Shown here: in pieces, positions 9,639-18,609 of the stretch
Position numbering within the stretch: the stretch's first letter is position 1
How the letters are laid out: every line of letters starts with the position of its first letter
Source of the DNA: an uncultured Gemmatimonadales bacterium
Lineage (GTDB): Bacteria > Gemmatimonadota > Gemmatimonadetes > Longimicrobiales > RSA9
Direction of reading: 5' to 3'
Assembly: GCA_963741945.1 (NCBI GenBank)
Contig: CAVUKA010000003.1
Span: 668,522-732,521 of the forward strand
DNA length: 64,000 nt
Position numbers and translations under genes: made by a program
Notes under the pieces: generated by a model
Database searches by the model: none
Told to the model about the DNA's origin: nothing
Seen by the model: the letters and a program-made list of their open reading frames with translations, nothing else

Positions 9639-9850
9639 CGGCCCATCCATTTCCTCAGCGCCACCACCCACCCGGGCGGGCGCGGGTTCTCGTAGCCGCA
9701 CTCAGGACAGCGCATCAACCCGCAGGCCTGCTTGATCGGGCACGCCTGGCACGTGGCCTGACCTGGATCCTCCACGAACTCGTGGCCGCAGAAGCCGCAC
9801 GTCACCATCGCGGCCCCAGGCTCCGCCCGATGCGACACCGGCGCTACCAT
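9635..9850 (-). CDS. Small Cys-rich (zinc-ribbon-like) protein between feoB and feoA
   Basis: MVAPVSHRAEPGAAMVTCGFCGHEFVEDPGQATCQACPIKQACGLMRCPECGYENPRPPGWVVALRKWMGR has 7 Cys, including CxxC pairs. ATG 9850 overlaps the feoB TAG (ATGGTAG); ATG 9808 is an alternative. The upstream part of track ORF 9635..10135 is a shadow of feoB. Confidence 0.65.
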   Translation of the reverse strand: MVAPVSHRAEPGAAMVTCGFCGHEFVEDPGQATCQACPIKQACGLMRCPECGYENPRPPGWVVALRKWMGR

Positions 9851-11970
9851 CCCAGCCCCCGCAGCACCACGTTCAGCGCCGCGCCCACGCCGAACGCGAA
9901 CGGGACGGTGAACGCCAGGATCGCCAGCGCGGTCTTCACGCCGCGCTCCTTCAGCATCATGAGGAACTGGGCCACGCACGGCACGAAGAGCGTCAGCGTC
10001 ACCGCGGCCACGGTGAGCTGCACCGGCGAGAGCAGCCCTTCCTGGTTCAGGTCGAACAGCCCGGCCGCGCCGTAGTCGCGACGGAAGAAGCCGAACAGGA
10101 ACGCCTGCGCCGCCTCGTTCGGCAGCCCCAGCCACCCCATGACCGGCTCGAGCCCGTGCACCGTCGCCTGCAGCACACCCGTCAGGTCACCGATCCACAG
10201 CAGCACGCTGGCGAACAGGAAGAGCGGCAGCACTTCCATGAAGTACCACTGCATCCGCGACGCCGTCTTCGTCAGCACGTTCGCCGCCGACGGCATCCGC
10301 AGCGGCGGCAGCTCCATGTGGAACGTGGGCCGCTCGCCCGGGAGCACTTTCGATGCCAGCCACCCCACCATCAGGAACACCCCGCCCAGCACGAGGATCA
10401 GGACCAGCAGCGCCATGGGGCTCCCGGCCAGGATCGCGATCAGCACGCCCAGCTGGGCCGAGCACGGGATGGCCAGCGCCAGGAGCAGCGTGGCCAGCAC
10501 GCGCTCGCGGCGGGTCTCCAGCGTGCGCGTCACCATGGTGGCCATGGTGTCGCACGCGAAGCCGAGCACCATCGGGATCACCGCCCGCCCGCTCAGCCCG
10601 ATCCGCTTGAACAGCCGGTCCACCAGGAGCGCCAGGCGAGGGAAGTAGCCGCTGTCCTCGAGCACGCTGAAGAACAGGAAGAAGGTGCCCACGATCGGCA
10701 GGATGATGGCCACGGCGTAGCGCACGCCGAGCGTGAGGACGCCGTAGTCGCCTACGAAGAGCCCCCGCAGCCACACCCACGGCACCAGCCACGCGAACGC
10801 TCGCTCCAGCAGCGGGTTCAGCCCGTGCTCGAACAGCGTGGTCTCCAGCCAGTTCACCACCGTGCCCGCGCCGAACACGCCCACGAACTCGTACAGCCCC
10901 AGGTAGAGCACCAGCACGAGCGCCGGAATGCCCAGCAGCGGCCGCGCCAGCGCGGAGCCCAGCCACTCGCGGAACCCGCCCCGCCCCTCGTCGTCCGAAC
11001 CGCCCCGGACCACACCTTCCAGCACCCGCTCCGCCGCACGGTGCCGCTCGTACGCCAGACGGTACACCGCCGCGTCCGCGAACTCCGCCGTGGCCTCTTC
11101 CAGCTCCCGGATCGCCGCCACCCCGCCATCCGGCTCCAGCGCCGCCACCCGCTCCGCCACTTCCGCGTCCCCCTGGATCAGCAGCGCCGCGAACGCGCTC
11201 GCGTCCACCGGATACACGTCGGTCAGCCGCCCTCGCACCCGCGCCAGCGCCGCACCCACCCCGTTCTCGTACGACGGGCGCCCCGGGCACGGCGCCTTCG
11301 CGGCACGCAGCACCGCCGCCTCCAGCTCCTTCAGCCCCCACCCCTTCACCGCCGCCACCGGCACCACTTCCACGCCCAGACGCTCCGAGAGCAGCCGGTG
11401 ATCCACTTCCAGTCCCAGCGACTGCGCCTCGTCCATCATGTTGACCGCCAACACCAGCGGTCGCCCCACTTCCAGGAGCTGGAACGTCATGGGAAGCGCG
11501 CGCTCCAGCGTCTTCGCATCCACCACCTGCACCAGCACGTCCGCGTCCGCGTCCAGCACCACCCAGCGCGCCACCCGCTCCTCTTCCGTGGTCGGCATGA
11601 GCGAGTACAGACCCGGCGTGTCCACCACTTCCACAACACGACCCTCGAACCGCCCGTGACCCCGGTCCACTCCCACCGACGTTCCGGGATAGTTCGACAC
11701 CGTCACGTACGTCCCCGTGAGCCGGTTGAACAGCGAGCTCTTGCCTACGTTCGGCGCACCCACCAGCGCCACCCTCAGCTCCGCGGCCGGCTCCCCCGCC
11801 GACGCGCTCCCGCCTCCGTGGCATCCGCACCCCGACCCTCCGGCGACGGCCGCACCCGACCCGGCGACGGCCGCGCCCGACCCGGCGGCGGCCGCTCCTC
11901 CCCGCCGCCCGGCCTCCTCCCCGGCGTGCCCGCCTCGCGTCCGCTCCGTGGTCTCCGTCGGCATCACCAT
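9844..11970 (-). CDS. feoB: Ferrous iron transporter FeoB (G-domain plus membrane permease)
   Basis: G1 motif GAPNVGKSSLFNRLTG, then DTPGLYSL and AVNMMDEA, followed by polytopic membrane domains. The track start at 12042 would place the Fur-like palindrome inside the CDS, so ATG 11970 (or 11964) is preferred. The N-terminus is Gly/Ala-rich with a CGCH motif. Confidence 0.9.
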   Translation of the reverse strand: MVMPTETTERTRGGHAGEEAGRRGGAAAAGSGAAVAGSGAAVAGGSGCGCHGGGSASAGEPAAELRVALVGAPNVGKSSLFNRLTGTYVTVSNYPGTSVGVDRGHGRFEGRVVEVVDTPGLYSLMPTTEEERVARWVVLDADADVLVQVVDAKTLERALPMTFQLLEVGRPLVLAVNMMDEAQSLGLEVDHRLLSERLGVEVVPVAAVKGWGLKELEAAVLRAAKAPCPGRPSYENGVGAALARVRGRLTDVYPVDASAFAALLIQGDAEVAERVAALEPDGGVAAIRELEEATAEFADAAVYRLAYERHRAAERVLEGVVRGGSDDEGRGGFREWLGSALARPLLGIPALVLVLYLGLYEFVGVFGAGTVVNWLETTLFEHGLNPLLERAFAWLVPWVWLRGLFVGDYGVLTLGVRYAVAIILPIVGTFFLFFSVLEDSGYFPRLALLVDRLFKRIGLSGRAVIPMVLGFACDTMATMVTRTLETRRERVLATLLLALAIPCSAQLGVLIAILAGSPMALLVLILVLGGVFLMVGWLASKVLPGERPTFHMELPPLRMPSAANVLTKTASRMQWYFMEVLPLFLFASVLLWIGDLTGVLQATVHGLEPVMGWLGLPNEAAQAFLFGFFRRDYGAAGLFDLNQEGLLSPVQLTVAAVTLTLFVPCVAQFLMMLKERGVKTALAILAFTVPFAFGVGAALNVVLRGLGW

Positions 11971-11996
11971 CCACGCCCCGTCGGCATCGCAGCTCG

Positions 11997-12015
11997 TTTG
12001 AGAATCGTTCTCAAA
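11997..12015. promoter_or_regulatory. Fur-family-like operator palindrome upstream of feoB
   Basis: TTTGAGAA-TCG-TTCTCAAA is a perfect 8+8 inverted repeat with a total length of 19 bp, the same length as a Fur box. It is locally AT-richer and lies ~26 nt upstream of ATG 11970. Confidence 0.55.
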
Positions 12016-12070
12016 ACTGCCCCCGCTGCCGTGGTGCGACAATCGGGAAAGGCTTGGGGAGGGGTGTGGG

Positions 12071-12129
12071 GGAAAACCCCACAGGGGCAGACGGCAGCGC
12101 CGGTGCGCTGCGTCTGCGCTCTGCGGGGG
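12071..12129 (-). terminator. Intrinsic terminator after the M28 peptidase gene
   Basis: Minus strand: CCCCGCAGAGCGCAGACG-loop-CGUCUGCCCCUGUGGGG followed by UUUUCC. It starts ~17 nt after the stop at 12146. Confidence 0.55.
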
Positions 12130-12145
12130 TCAAAGCCGGTCTGGA

Positions 12146-13729
12146 TCACCAGTGATACGCCTCGAAGGACCGCATGGGCTGTTCGCACTGCGGCCAGGTC
12201 ATGGACTCGCCCGTCCTGGGGTTGGTGGGCATCACGGTGCGCCGCTCGCGCTGTATGAAGTCCGGGTCCTCGGCGGCCATGTAGGTGAGCATGGCGACGA
12301 GGATGGCGTTGTCGCGGATGTTGTCGAACGCGAGCTTGTCGAGGGTATCGAGGTTGGTGTGCCAGGTGTAGCGGAAGTAGTCCCAGGAATGGGAGCCGAG
12401 GCCGAAGCTGGGTGCGCCGGAGCAGGTGAACGCGGCGTAGTCGCTGCCGCCGCCGCCGGGTGTCCCGGGGAAATCGATGCGGAGCTCGCCGCGGAGCTCG
12501 CGTGGGATGGCGGTGATCCAGCGGGTGAAGTGGGGTCCTGCGTCCGTGAGCCCCTGCATGCCGACGCGTGTGATGCGGCCGGTGCCGTTGTCCTGGTTGA
12601 ACGCGGCCTGGAGCCCGGCCACGATGTCGGGGTGGTCGGCGGCGAAAGCGCGGGAGCCGTTGAGCCCCTGCTCCTCGCTGGCCCAGTGTCCGGCGACGAT
12701 GGTGCGCTTCGGGTTCGGGTAGGCCTTCTTCAGCAGGCGCATGGCCTCGGCCATGATGACGGTGCCCGTGCCATTGTCGGTGGCGCCCTGCCCTCCGTCC
12801 CAGGAGTCGAGGTGGGCGGAGAGGAGCACGTACTGGTCCGGGTGCTCGCTGCCGGGGATCGTGGCGACGGTGTTGAACACGGGGACGGTGCCGAGGTCCT
12901 TCGAGCGGGCATCCACCCGCACGCGCGGTCCCTGCCCGTTGTCGGCGAGCCGGTAGAGGAGGCCGTAGTCCTCACAGCCGATGGAGATGACGGGCATGGC
13001 GCCATCGGTGTCGCCGAAGATGCGGCGGGAGCCGTACCCCTCGGACCAGAGCGAGACGAACGCCCCGGCCGCGCCGGTATCCTTCAGCCACGCGCCAATG
13101 TGCCGCTCGTTGATGCCGAGCGCCTGCATGCGGGCGCTCCACTGCGAGCGCGCGCTGTCGCGGGCGGCGACGAAGGCGTCGTAAGTGGGCGGGTCGGCGA
13201 AGCTCTGCCACTCGCCGAGCGGGCGGCAGGTGGGCTCGGGCGACGAGGCCAGCACCCACTTCCCCTTCGCCTGCTTCTTCCACGCGGCCACCGCCGCGGG
13301 GTCCGACGACGCGGGGAGCGTGACGACGTCGCCTTCCACCGGCTTCCCGGTCCCGCGGCTCCACGCCAGGAGCGTGGCTTCGACGGTGTGGACCCACGGC
13401 GCCAGCAGGTCCACGTGCGTGGTGCCCCGCTGCCACCCCTTCCACGTCCCGTACTGCTCGTTCTCCGCGTCGATTCCCCAGCTGCGGTAGAGCCGCACCA
13501 GCCAGTCGTTGGCCGCCGTGAGCTGCGGCGCGCCCGTCAGGCGCGGCCCGATGGAGTCCATCAGCGTCTGGGCAAGGGGGTAGACCTGCGAGTGGTCTCG
13601 TCCCTCCTGCCAGATGGCCTGGAGCACCGGGTCCCGGTTCGGGAAATCCTGCGCCCGCAGGGGCGCGAAAGCGAGCGGCAACGCCATCAGCACCGGCAGC
13701 ACCGGCGCGAAACGCTTCAGCAGCGACAC
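12146..13729 (-). CDS. M28-family metallopeptidase (aminopeptidase), secreted
   Basis: GTG start preceded by GAGGAGG, with a signal peptide (PVLMALPLAFAPLRAQ). Zinc-site blocks are LLSAHLDSWDGGQGATDNGTGT and AGHWASEEQGLNGS. Confidence 0.88.
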   Translation of the reverse strand: MSLLKRFAPVLPVLMALPLAFAPLRAQDFPNRDPVLQAIWQEGRDHSQVYPLAQTLMDSIGPRLTGAPQLTAANDWLVRLYRSWGIDAENEQYGTWKGWQRGTTHVDLLAPWVHTVEATLLAWSRGTGKPVEGDVVTLPASSDPAAVAAWKKQAKGKWVLASSPEPTCRPLGEWQSFADPPTYDAFVAARDSARSQWSARMQALGINERHIGAWLKDTGAAGAFVSLWSEGYGSRRIFGDTDGAMPVISIGCEDYGLLYRLADNGQGPRVRVDARSKDLGTVPVFNTVATIPGSEHPDQYVLLSAHLDSWDGGQGATDNGTGTVIMAEAMRLLKKAYPNPKRTIVAGHWASEEQGLNGSRAFAADHPDIVAGLQAAFNQDNGTGRITRVGMQGLTDAGPHFTRWITAIPRELRGELRIDFPGTPGGGGSDYAAFTCSGAPSFGLGSHSWDYFRYTWHTNLDTLDKLAFDNIRDNAILVAMLTYMAAEDPDFIQRERRTVMPTNPRTGESMTWPQCEQPMRSFEAYHW

Positions 13730-13821
13730 GTGAGCCTCCTCTGTGGATCGGTGGGGCGCCGTGATGGTGCGCAGGGGCGCCCGTGCGGGTCAATCGGGAA
13801 TCGCACGAATCCACGGCGGGG

Positions 13822-13873
13822 AAAAACCCGACGGCGGCAGTCCGCAGCGCGGGCGGGCGGCGGATGCCGTCGG
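13822..13873 (-). terminator. Intrinsic terminator after the SDR gene
   Basis: Minus strand: CCGACGGC...GCCGUCGG stem with an inner UCCGC/GCGGA stem, followed by GUUUUUCC. It begins ~30 nt after the stop at 13903. Confidence 0.55.
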
Positions 13874-13902
13874 TGACGCGGTGCGGCCGCCGTTCGCCGG
13901 CC

Positions 13903-14685
13903 CTACCGCCCTCCGCCCACCCGCACCACCTCGCCCGTGATCCACGAGGCGAACTCCGACGCCAGGAACAGGACGGCGTTGGCGATGTCCGCGGGGGTGC
14001 CCAGGCGACGCAGCGGGATCCCCTCCACGAGGCGGCGCTGCCCCTCGTCGCCGTACGACGCCCACTGCTTCTCGGTGGTGGGATTCGAGCGGACGAAGCC
14101 CGGCGCCACGTTGTTGACGGTGATGCCGAAGGGGCCGAGCTCGTGGGCGAGCTGCCGCGTGAGGCCGATCTGCGCGGCCTTCGCCGACGCGTACCCCTGG
14201 ATGCCGGTGAGGCTGACGCCGAGCCCTGCGCCGCTGGAGATGTTCACGATGCGGCCGCCGCCCGCCCGCTTCATCCCGGGCACCACCGCCTGCGCGAACA
14301 GGAACGCGCCCGTGACGTTCACGTCGAAAAGCGCCTGCCAGTCCGCCGGCGGCACATCCTCCAGCGGCCGCCCCACCTGCCCGAGCACGCCGCCCGCGTT
14401 GTTCACCAGGATGTCGACGTGGCCACCTCCGTCCGCGACGCCGGCCGCTGGCCGCGACTCCGCCTCCGCCACGAGCGCCCGCACGGCCGCCGGTTCCGTC
14501 ACGTCCACCACGCGGGCCACGGCGCCGCTGCCGCACAGCGCCGCCGTCTCCCCGACTTCGGCGGCGAGGATGTCACACGCCCAGACGTGGGCGCCCAGGC
14601 CGGCGAAGCGGCGCGCGATCTCCCGGCCGAAGCCGTGCGCGGCTCCCGTCACGATCACCGTCTTCCCGTCGAAGCGGATGTTCAC
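13903..14685 (-). CDS. Short-chain dehydrogenase/reductase (SDR family oxidoreductase)
   Basis: VTGAAHGFG (TGxxxGxG), NNAG and YASAKAA (YxxxK) motifs. GTG 14685 overlaps the upstream TGA (GTGA) and is preceded by GGAGGAGGG. The rest of track ORF 13903..15483 is a shadow of the upstream gene. Confidence 0.88.
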   Translation of the reverse strand: MNIRFDGKTVIVTGAAHGFGREIARRFAGLGAHVWACDILAAEVGETAALCGSGAVARVVDVTEPAAVRALVAEAESRPAAGVADGGGHVDILVNNAGGVLGQVGRPLEDVPPADWQALFDVNVTGAFLFAQAVVPGMKRAGGGRIVNISSGAGLGVSLTGIQGYASAKAAQIGLTRQLAHELGPFGITVNNVAPGFVRSNPTTEKQWASYGDEGQRRLVEGIPLRRLGTPADIANAVLFLASEFASWITGEVVRVGGGR

Positions 14686-15719
14686 GATCCCTCCTCCACC
14701 GTCGCGCGCAGCGCGTCCACGTTCTCCGGCGCACGCTCCCGGCGCCCGCCCTCCAGCGCGTGGATCATGGCGACCAGCGCGGCGTTCATGGGCGTCGGCA
14801 CGCCGTGGTCGCGGCCGTGGGCCACCACGGGGCCGAGCTGCGCGTCCACTTCCGTGCGCCGCCTGCGCACGGCCAGGTCGCGCCAGATGCCGCTGTGCGT
14901 CTTCGCAGACTTCCGGTTGTGGGCCACGAGGCCGTCCAGCGACGCCGTCGCCTGCTCCGGCGCTGCGCCGGGGGCGAACGCGGCGGGGTCGAAGCCGTCG
15001 AACGGCTCTGGCCGGACGCCCTCGGCGGCGGCCACGCGCATGACCTCGCGGGCGAGATCCGCGTAGACGTCGCGGTGGGAGGGGCGCGCGAGGGCGTCGG
15101 CGATGGAGTCGTCCGTGGTGGCCGTGGCGAAGAGCATGGACGCGTACGCCAGCTTGGCCCACAGGTAGCCGAAGATGTTGTCCGTGAGCACCGCGTCCGC
15201 GTCGAGCTCGCGGAAGAGGGCGTGGAGCCGCTCGATCCGCGGCGATCGCCGACCGTCCAGCTCGCCCACCACCACCGCGCCGCGCCCGCCGTAGTGGACC
15301 TCGCCGGGCTCCATGTAGTCCGCGCCGAAGTTGACGAAGCAGCCGATCGTGCGCTCCGGCCCCACGACGTCGGCGACGACTTCCTCGTTCAGCCCGTTCT
15401 GCACCGAGACCACCGCACCGTCCGGCGCCAGCCGCGGCGCGATCGCTTCCGTGGCCGCGCGCGTGTGGTGCGCCTTCACGCACAGCAGCACGGTGCCCAG
15501 GCGCCCGCGGACGTCCCCCGGCAGCGACGCCGGGACGGGACCCACCCGGAGCGGCGACACCGGGCCCGTGATCTCCAGCCCCCGCGCCCGCATCGCAGCC
15601 ACGTGCTCGGCGACGGTGTCCACGAACAGCACGTCGTGGCCCGCGCGGACCAGGTGCGCGCCGAGCGTTCCGCCGATGGCGCCCGCGCCCCAGATCGTGA
15701 TGCGATCACTCATGTCCAC
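14682..15719 (-). CDS. Ketopantoate reductase (PanE/ApbA) family oxidoreductase
   Basis: N-terminal Rossmann ITIWGAGAIGG, length about 345 aa and a C-terminal helical domain, all typical of the ApbA/PanE family. The substrate is not inferable. Confidence 0.8.
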   Translation of the reverse strand: MDMSDRITIWGAGAIGGTLGAHLVRAGHDVLFVDTVAEHVAAMRARGLEITGPVSPLRVGPVPASLPGDVRGRLGTVLLCVKAHHTRAATEAIAPRLAPDGAVVSVQNGLNEEVVADVVGPERTIGCFVNFGADYMEPGEVHYGGRGAVVVGELDGRRSPRIERLHALFRELDADAVLTDNIFGYLWAKLAYASMLFATATTDDSIADALARPSHRDVYADLAREVMRVAAAEGVRPEPFDGFDPAAFAPGAAPEQATASLDGLVAHNRKSAKTHSGIWRDLAVRRRRTEVDAQLGPVVAHGRDHGVPTPMNAALVAMIHALEGGRRERAPENVDALRATVEEGS

Positions 15720-15740
15720 GCCTCCCTGCCCTCCCGTTCA

Positions 15741-16466
15741 TCAGCGACCTCGCTCCCACGGCCGGAGCCCCCACGACCCCTCCAGCGCGTCCCGCGTCTC
15801 CGACACCGCCACCTCCCAGAGCGCCAGCATGTCCTCGTCGGGGCGCTGATACAGGCCGGCGAAGTTGCCATCGCCGAGGAAGTCGCGGACCTCGCCGGGC
15901 GTCAGGAGCGACATCCGCTCCCGGTCGATCGGCGCCTTCGGGCCGTCGGGCAGCGCGACGCCCTCGAGGCGCGTCCACGGGAAGTTCTCCATCCACGACG
16001 CGTGCGACGCCACCGGGTCGATCGCCTGGACCTTCGCCCACGTGCGCGGCGCGTTCCACCAGTTGTGCCACTTCACCCGCACTCCGGGGTGCGACGCCAA
16101 CCATTCCACCACGCGCGTGGCCCCCGGCGAGTTCCCGCCGTGCCCGTTCACCACCAGGATGCGGCGGAACCCGGCGCCGGCCAGGCTCTCCAGGATGTCC
16201 GACACCACGGCCAGGTAGGTCTCCAGCCGGAGCGCCACGGTCCCCGGGAAGCCCAGGAAATAGGGCGAGACGCCGTAGGGGAGCGCCGGGAACACGGGGA
16301 CGCCGAGCGGCTCCGCCGCCTCCGTCGCCACGCGCTCGGGGAGGATGGAATCCACGAGCAGCGACAGGTAGCCGTGCTGCTCGGTGCTCCCCAGCGGGAG
16401 CACGCAGCGATCGTCGCGCTCGAGGTAGCTCTCGACCTGCATCCAGCTCATGTCACGGACGCGCAT
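15741..16466 (-). CDS. Creatininase-family amidohydrolase
   Basis: Blocks LPLGSTEQHG, ILVVNGHGGN and SHASWMEN are typical of the creatinine amidohydrolase family. The start overlaps the upstream M20 gene by 14 nt. Confidence 0.8.
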   Translation of the reverse strand: MRVRDMSWMQVESYLERDDRCVLPLGSTEQHGYLSLLVDSILPERVATEAAEPLGVPVFPALPYGVSPYFLGFPGTVALRLETYLAVVSDILESLAGAGFRRILVVNGHGGNSPGATRVVEWLASHPGVRVKWHNWWNAPRTWAKVQAIDPVASHASWMENFPWTRLEGVALPDGPKAPIDRERMSLLTPGEVRDFLGDGNFAGLYQRPDEDMLALWEVAVSETRDALEGSWGLRPWERGR

Positions 16467-17862
16467 TGCTTCCGCCTTCCTGGTTCTGCGTCAGCTCGTG
16501 ATAGAGGCGCACCACCGTTTCGGCCCCGAGGGCGAGGTGCGGCTCGGGGAACCACTCGTTCGGGGCGTGCATGTTGGCGCCGGGGAGCGCGAAGCCCATG
16601 ATCGCCACCGGGGCGCCGAGGGCCTCGGCGAGGACCGGGGCGATGGGGAGCGTGCCGCCGTGGCTCACGCGCACCGGCGCTACGCCGAACGTGGCCGCGA
16701 GGGCGCGGGCCGCCGCCCCGTACAGCGGGGCCTCCGGATCCTCGCGCCACGGCGGGTTGGCCTGGAGCGACCGGACCTCGAAGCGCACGCCGGCGGGCGC
16801 CACCCGGGCCACGTGGGCGCGCAGCAGCTCGCCGATGCGCGCCGGGTCCTGCTCCGGGACCAGGCGCGTGCTCAGCTTGGCCAGCGCCTGCGACGGCAGC
16901 ACGGTCTTCTTCCCCGCCCCCGTGTACCCGCTCACGAGCCCGTTCACGTCCAGGCTGGGCCGGATCCACAGCCGCTCGATCGTGCTGTAGCCCGGCTCGC
17001 CGGCGAGCGCGGCGCCGCCCGCGCTCCGGCGGAACGCCTCCTCGTCGAAGCCGAGCCCGCGCCAGCTCTCGCGGACGGACGCGGGCGGCTCGGCGACGTC
17101 GTCGTAGAACCCGTCGATGGCCACGCGGCCGTCCCGGTGCATGGACGCGATCACGGCCGCCAGCGCGTTCGCCGGGTTCGGCACCGCGCCGCCGTACTGG
17201 CCGGAGTGGAGGTCGGTGGAGCCGATCGTCGCCTCGACCTCGAAGTAGGCGATGCCGCGCATGCCGAAGATCAGCGACGGCCGCCCGGGCGCGAACATCA
17301 TGGAGTCGGCGACGAGGGCGTGGTCCGCCGCCAGCTCCGCCGCCCGCTCCCGGACGAAGCGCACCAGCCCCGGCGACCCGATCTCCTCCTCTCCCTCGAA
17401 CAGCAGCACCAGGTTCACAGGCAGCCCGCCGGCGGACAGCGCCGCTTCCGCCGCCATCACGTGGAGCAGCACCTGCGACTTGTCGTCCGCCGCGCCCCGG
17501 CCCCAGACCCGGCCGTCGCGCACTTCCGGCTCGAACGGCGGCGACGTCCACGGCGCGAGCGGCTCCGGCGGCTGGACGTCGTAGTGGCCGTAGACCAGGA
17601 GCGTGGGCGCATCCGGGCCCGCGTCGTGGCGGCCGATGACCACCGGGTGCCCCGGCTCGCCCTGGTCGCGCGTGGTCTCCTCCACGGTGGCCGTGAGGCC
17701 GGCTGCGCGGATGCGGTCCGCCAGCCACGCCGCGGCCAGGCGGACATCTCCCGCGTGCTCCGGGGTGGTGCTGATGCTCGGGATGCGGAGAAAATCGAAG
17801 ACCTCGGAGCGGAGGCGGTCCCGCTCGCGGCGGATGTGGGCAATGGCGCTGTCGACGTTCAT
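16453..17862 (-). CDS. M20-family dipeptidase/acylase
   Basis: LLVYGHYDVQP, GRGAADDKSQ and FEGEEEIGSPG metal-site blocks. The 469-aa length matches M20 dipeptidases with a dimerisation lid. Confidence 0.88.
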   Translation of the reverse strand: MNVDSAIAHIRRERDRLRSEVFDFLRIPSISTTPEHAGDVRLAAAWLADRIRAAGLTATVEETTRDQGEPGHPVVIGRHDAGPDAPTLLVYGHYDVQPPEPLAPWTSPPFEPEVRDGRVWGRGAADDKSQVLLHVMAAEAALSAGGLPVNLVLLFEGEEEIGSPGLVRFVRERAAELAADHALVADSMMFAPGRPSLIFGMRGIAYFEVEATIGSTDLHSGQYGGAVPNPANALAAVIASMHRDGRVAIDGFYDDVAEPPASVRESWRGLGFDEEAFRRSAGGAALAGEPGYSTIERLWIRPSLDVNGLVSGYTGAGKKTVLPSQALAKLSTRLVPEQDPARIGELLRAHVARVAPAGVRFEVRSLQANPPWREDPEAPLYGAAARALAATFGVAPVRVSHGGTLPIAPVLAEALGAPVAIMGFALPGANMHAPNEWFPEPHLALGAETVVRLYHELTQNQEGGSNARP

Positions 17863-17961
17863 GCGGCTACCGGATCGGTCAGGGCGAAGGGAGCGCCCAC
17901 GGCGCTTCCCGCGCGCAACGTCGGGCGACGCGCCTCCGCCGGCAAGCGGTTACCTTCCGGC

Positions 17962-18486
17962 ATGTGTACGACCCCGTCCCGCGCCGCCTGCGCCGCCCTC
18001 CTGGTTGCTGCGGCGATTGCCGCTCCGCGCCCGGTCGTCGCCCAGGATGGCGGGCTCGCCCCCGGCGACGTCCCCGGCAGCGCCGTCGTCCAGACACTCG
18101 CCGGCGATTCCGTGGCCATCGCCGCCCTCACGCACGGCCGACCGGCCCTCGTGGAGTTCTGGGCGACGTGGTGCCCGATATGCCGCGCGCTCCAGCCGCG
18201 GATGGACTCCGCATTCGCCCGGGTCCGGGACCGCGTGGCGTTCGTCGTGGTGGCCGTGGGCGTGGCCCAGACCCGCGACCAGGTGCGCGCGTTCGTGGCG
18301 CGCCAGCCGCTCCCGGGAACCGTCGTGTGGGACGGCGCCGGTGAAGCCGTGCGCGCGTTCGACGCCCCGGGCACCGGCTACGTCGTCATCCTGGACGAGG
18401 CAGGGAAAGTAGTGTACGCCGGGACTGGCTCGGACCAGCACCTGCTCCGTGCGCTCCGCCGCGTCCTCGCCGACGGCGACGCCTGA
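17962..18486 (+). CDS. TlpA-like thiol:disulfide oxidoreductase (thioredoxin fold), secreted
   Basis: Starts at ATG 17962 within track ORF 16450..18486. It has a signal peptide AALLVAAAIAAPRPVVAQ, redox motif EFWATWCPICR, and the downstream block YVVILDEAGKVVY. Confidence 0.85.
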   Translation: MCTTPSRAACAALLVAAAIAAPRPVVAQDGGLAPGDVPGSAVVQTLAGDSVAIAALTHGRPALVEFWATWCPICRALQPRMDSAFARVRDRVAFVVVAVGVAQTRDQVRAFVARQPLPGTVVWDGAGEAVRAFDAPGTGYVVILDEAGKVVYAGTGSDQHLLRALRRVLADGDA

Positions 18487-18609
18487 CACCGGCGCAGGAC
18501 ACGACCGCGGGTGCCCCTGCGTATCGCCCGCCGAACTCTCTCCAGGTGGAGCGATCCCGCCGATCGACGCCCACACGTCCGGACTTCGGTCTGCGGTCCG
18601 GGCTCCGAC

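Noticed and set aside
11971-12042. Upstream ATG (12042) as the feoB start
   Set aside because: It would place the perfect 19-bp Fur-like palindrome inside the coding sequence and add a non-conserved 24-aa leader. ATG 11970/11964 downstream of the palindrome is more plausible.
10156-12258. 700-aa plus-strand ORF, plus 10187..11974 (-) and other long ORFs overlapping feoB
   Set aside because: Their composition is extremely His/Arg/Pro/Gln- or Gly/Arg-rich. The feoB frame carries the G-domain and permease motifs, so these are alternate-frame shadows.
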